Position numbers and translations under genes: made by a program. Below are positions 60,005-64,000 of a DNA stretch of 64,000 nt, piece after piece (the first letter of the stretch is position 1; every line of letters begins with the position of its first letter). The notes under the pieces are model-generated. The model saw only the letters and a program-made list of their open reading frames with translations, was not told the DNA's origin and searched no databases. This stretch comes from a bacterium (GTDB lineage: Bacteria; UBA8248; JACPRG01; G963555815), in contig CBDHDG010000007.1 in NCBI GenBank assembly GCA_965261595.1, positions 352,001-416,000 of the forward strand, written 5' to 3'.

Positions 60005-60340
60005 ATGACGGAAACGGCGGGACTTGGTCGCATCGAAAAGGCCGACCTCCGTGAGGCCTGGCCGTATGAGGCCGCCGATTTCACTCCTTGGCTCGGGGAC
60101 CATGTATCGGAACCGGGCGCCGCCTTGGGGACTGGAACTCGAACTGGAATCCGAAGAAGCTCCGGTCGGGACATTGTCACTGGATTTGTTGGCTCGCGAC
60201 ACAGAACAAAGCGAACAACCGACCGAACGGTGATAATTCAAAAGCAACTAGATTCGACCGATCGTGACCATCTGGCCAAGCTGCTGACTAACGCGGGCGG
60301 CTGCGACGCAAACGTGATCGTCTGGGTTGTGCACAAAAAC
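60005..60340 (+). pseudogene. Degenerate DUF4268/endonuclease-like gene
   Basis: LREAWPYEAADFTPWL / ELESEEAPVG..LDLLARD / QLDSTDRDHL.KLLT split over two frames. Confidence 0.65.
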
Positions 60341-60408
60341 TCCGCAGGGAGCCCGATGAGCACTTGTGCCCTGCACACCGTCATCGACCCGTAAAGCCAC
60401 TGCGCGCC

Positions 60409-61238
60409 TGCGCCAACATCGTCATGAACCAAAGGAAGCCCGTAGCGCGCTATCTCAGCCGGGAGGAGCTCGAACGCCTGGGCGTGGTGCTGGACCGGCA
60501 CAATGACGAACACCCCTGGCCGGTGGCGGCCATTCGTCTGCTCACCCTGGCCGGGGCGCGGCTCTCCGAAGTGCTCAATCTGCGGTGGGAGGAGATCGGG
60601 GAGCTGTCCGAGGACGGCGGCGCAAACGCCCGGCTCGAAGACTCCAAGACCGGGCCGCGCACCATCTGGCTAGGGCCGGAGGCGGCGAAGGTCCTCGCGT
60701 CCCTTCCCCGGCGCGAGGGCCGGGTGTTTCCCGAGGATCTCACATCCCAACGGCTCTACGCCTTCTGGTGCGGCGTCCGGGAGGAAGAGGGACTGCCCGG
60801 CCTTCGTATTCACGACGCACGGCACACCTGGGCGTCCCAGGGCGTCATGAACGGTGTCGGGATCGCCACCGTGGGGCGGCGCTGCTCGGCCACAGGCAGC
60901 GGTCCACCACCGCGATCTATGCTCATCTTGACGATAACGCCTTGCAGGATGCCGCCGCGCAGGCGGCGCGAGTGATCGCCGAGGCCATGGGATACAAGGC
61001 CGAGCTGTTGCCGGAGGAGACGGATGACACCGTGGACGGCAGGCAAGCGCAGTCTGCTTCGTTCGAACCGTTGCCGCCATCGCCTGGGCCGCAGCGGCCG
61101 GAGGAACAGGAAGCCGATGTCATCGCCCGGTTGAGACGGTGGGACTGGCTGGGCGGTAGCAGATCGGAACCTTCGGACGGGGCAGGGTCGAAGGACAGGA
61201 GCGAGCCCACCCAGCCGCAGGGACTGGTGAATATTTGA
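60409..61238 (+). pseudogene. Second tyrosine integrase, catalytic half only, frameshifted
   Basis: GARLSEVLNLRW, DSKTG, RIHDARHT, then LLGH...TTAIYAH in another frame (shift near 60880). Confidence 0.85.
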
Positions 61239-61392
61239 CCCACACACCGGTGGGTGTCGAACCGTCCGGGCTGGGGAACCTAGGCTAAAGGACCGGAGCG
61301 TTCAGGCCGGAGCGGTCGTGCACGTCCGCTTTCCTGCTATGATGGCCGGGTTTTTCCGGGGAATTTTCCTCATTCGGCGGGTCTGTAACGGA

Positions 61393-61888
61393 ATGGGGGA
61401 GAAGATGATTTTGCTTGTCAGGCTGTTTTGCGTGGGGTTATGCCTGTGGCTTGTCACGTGGACGAGCGCGACCCCGGCATTGGCGGCGAGGGTTTCATGT
61501 AAGGCCTGGAACACGGGGGGATTCTTCTTGCGTACCGGCGTGGCGGATGTCTCCCGTTGCATGGGTGAAAGACCCGAACGCGAGGAATAAATACGGATTG
61601 ACACCCCTGCAGCGGGCGGTGGCGTGGAGTACAACCCCTGGGGCCGTGACCGCCCTGCTGGATGCCGGGGCCGATGTGAACGCGCGGGCTGAAAAAGGAG
61701 CGACCTCCCTACACGAGGCGGCGAGGTTCAGTGAACCCCCTGGGATCGTGACCGCTCTGCTGGATGCCGGGGCCAACCCGGAGGCAAGAGACAAAGGCGG
61801 TAAAACGCCGTGGGATCATATCAAAGCGGTTTCCCCTCTCAAGGGAACGGATGTCTACTGGCGGCTGCACGAAGGGCGGTTCAGATAG
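61393..61888 (+). pseudogene. Secreted ankyrin-repeat protein, frameshifted
   Basis: Signal peptide in one frame; GLTPL...LLDAGADVNAR repeats in another (shift near 61570). Confidence 0.75.
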
Positions 61889-62289
61889 TCCTGAGCGCAT
61901 TGCAAGGGACACGATGGTTCCATGGGCACGGCCGCCCCGGGGTTTGCCGTGAATGACACGAACGCCATGTTCGGTCCGGCCCTTGGCTTCAACTTCACGT
62001 CGTACTCCGACGCCATGTCTTGCGCTAAGTGCAGCACCATCCACCGCACGAGTGCGGGGGCCGAGACGCACGGCCCCAGACCAGGTGACGGATGCGGACC
62101 GACCGCTAAAATTGGAGCTGGTGAACCGCCTCGTGCGCTGAGAGCTGCGTGGTCATGAAAAGGACGATTTCCCAAGCACGTAGATTGGGTATGAAAAAGC
62201 GGCGCTTGTGAGAAACGACGACTAAGGTGTGCCTTAAAACGCGTGAACTAGAACGAATTCTTCCAAATTAAGTAGAGAAAGCCACAGGA

Positions 62290-63170
62290 ATGAAATTTCC
62301 CAGAGAAGTGCTAATTGATTTGGCACAAGAAGACATTCAGGGGGTCGATCCCCGTAAAGTGACAATATATAGCGGAATTACGACCTTCGTGGGACCGAAT
62401 GGTTCAGGAAAAACCCAGCTTATGAGGGGATTGAAGCGCGCGGTCGCTGAGCTAATTCCAGGTAAGAAAGTACGTTATGTTTCTGCTGGAAGATTAGGCC
62501 CCATCGAAAGCTACAGATCGGATTTCGACGGACGGCGAGGCGGGGTTAATTATGACAGCGCAACCTATGGCGATCAAAGCTCCATGGGAAGACGGCATCT
62601 AACTGAAACCGTGCTCGGTGATATGGCCAGCCTATCTGAGCGACAGGATATCTTGATCAAAGTCCAGGAAAGGTTAAGGAAGCTATTTAATAGGAATTTG
62701 CGAGTTGACTGGGACGGTGGCAATCTGCGGGTATTCTTCGAGAGGATTGATCTTGCGGCCAACGAATACTCGTCAGCACGGGAGGCGAGCGGCCTGCTGC
62801 ACCTCGTGGCGATACTAGCGGCGCTCTATGATGACGAAGTGAGCTGCATTCTGATCGACGAGCCAGAGGTATCGTTGCATCAGCAGTTGCAATCTTATCT
62901 TTATCAGGAAATGTCAAAAGTGGCTGGTGACCCAGACATCGATGGAAGAAAACTCATCTTCCTTTCGACCCACTCAACAGAATTCCTTCAACTTCAATCA
63001 GTTGACGATCTAGCATCTATCGTATTTTGCAGCGATATGTACGAAACGCCCGTGCAAATTGATCCGGACATTGTTGAATTCCGAAGTCGCTCAATAACGA
63101 CTTTGCTGTCCCGAATTGGGCAAGAATATAAATTGGCGCTCTTCTGCAAAAGACCGCTACTGGTTGAAGG
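62290..63170 (+). pseudogene. ABC/AAA ATPase of OLD-family type, truncated by IS3 copy 5 at the start of a TOPRIM-like motif
   Basis: GPNGSGKT, EASG, ILIDEPEVSLH, STHS, ends PLLVEG at the IS junction. Confidence 0.8.
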
Positions 63171-63217
63171 TCCCCCGCTCTATGGTTTTGTTGGACACTC
63201 GATTGATCCATGATTCA
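63171..63217 (+). mobile_element. IS3-family element, copy 5 left end (interrupted by IS256)
   Basis: TCCCCCGCTCTATGGTTTTGTTGGACACTCGATTGATCCATGATTCA matches the copy 4 left end. Confidence 0.85.
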
Positions 63218-64000
63218 GAGCCTGTCCCATTCATAGTTGAAGGTTGAGAAAAAGAGGTGGCGGTTCACTCCTGCCGACTCGGTTAGAATCGGGTTGGCAA
63301 ACATTCAAAGAGGAGGAACCGCCATGAGTGAAGCTTACCAGATCATCGAGAAGAAAGAGACCCAAAGGTTGGCCGCCTTTGTGGCGGAGCACGGGCAGGC
63401 GTTTTTTCCTCTGGTGTCGCTGGTGGAGCAGTCCCAACTGGCGGTGGAGGACCTGATGGACGTCATGGGCCGGGCGGGCCTGGAGGCCGTGCTTTTGCTG
63501 TCGGCCAAGGGCTTGACGGGCGCGCCGCATCCAGGCAAGCGGGGTGGCGAGGTCCGCCGGCACGGCAGCCAGGGGGGCCGGGTGACCCTGAAGGGGCGCA
63601 AGCTGAAGGTGAGAAAGCCGCGGCTTCGCCGCCGGGGCCAGGGTCGGGGCGGGGAGGTGGAGGTGCCGGCGTATGCGGCCATGCAGGCCGACCCCGGGCT
63701 GGGGGAGCGGATGCTGGATTTGCTGATGCGAGGGGTCTCGACGCGGAACTACGCGGCCGTTCTTCCCGAGCTGGCCGAGACGGTGGGGGTGTCGAAGTCG
63801 GCCGTGAGCCGGGAGAGCATCGAGGCGGCCGAGGCGAAGCTGCGGCGTCTTTGTGAGCGGCGTTTTGACGACATCGACCTCCTCATCCTCTACCTGGACG
63901 GTCTGCGCTTCGGCGCGCATCACGTCATCGTGGCCGTTGGGGTGGACACACGGGGCCAAAAGCACGTTCTGGGCCTGAGGTCGGGCGCCACCGAGAACGC
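63218..64000 (+). mobile_element. IS256-family element, runs off window
   Basis: Begins GAGCCTGTC exactly where IS3 identity stops; carries a transposase ORF. Confidence 0.8.
63324..64000 (+). CDS. IS256-family transposase (3' truncated by window edge)
   Basis: AGGAGG RBS; MSEAYQI...KPRLR...GVSTRNY...VSKSAVSR...YLDG...GATENA. Confidence 0.85.
   Translation, partial: MSEAYQIIEKKETQRLAAFVAEHGQAFFPLVSLVEQSQLAVEDLMDVMGRAGLEAVLLLSAKGLTGAPHPGKRGGEVRRHGSQGGRVTLKGRKLKVRKPRLRRRGQGRGGEVEVPAYAAMQADPGLGERMLDLLMRGVSTRNYAAVLPELAETVGVSKSAVSRESIEAAEAKLRRLCERRFDDIDLLILYLDGLRFGAHHVIVAVGVDTRGQKHVLGLRSGATEN

Noticed and set aside
61889..62200. Short ORFs between the ankyrin gene and the ATPase
   Set aside because: No recognisable motif or good start in any frame

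Overview
High-GC bacterial chromosome segment in two parts. Bases 1 to ~44.4 kb are core/metabolic. They hold a glxBCD-like (N-methylglutamate synthase) plus soxDAGB-like operon with creatininase- and cyclase-family genes, orphan molybdo-flavoenzyme small/medium and large subunits, hydantoinase A/B, ilvD and a cupredoxin. They also hold a CIRCE-preceded minus-strand cluster (HtrA protease, ferritin-like protein, diadenylate-cyclase-domain protein, groEL without groES, Gld-type ABC system, DUF4340), an AhpD-like gene with an in-frame UGA and SECIS-like hairpin (probable selenoprotein), a MITE-like element, a NitT/TauT ABC transporter with an LLM oxidoreductase, an amidohydrolase, and an FGE-domain gene that resembles a DGR target and is bracketed by a mirror-symmetric set of palindromic repeats. 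Bases ~44.5-64 kb are a decaying defence/mobile island. It contains five copies of one 1404-bp IS3-family element, several IS256 elements, two broken tyrosine integrases, and a type II R-M pair whose HTH-methylase has an apparently leaderless promoter containing two GACGTC sites. It also contains a translationally coupled ParA-ATPase + small alarmone synthetase (RelA/SpoT) operon, the best candidate here for an undescribed system, plus an HNH nuclease and an OLD-like ATPase. No rRNA, tRNA or CRISPR array was recognised. All family calls come from motif recognition by eye, not database searches.
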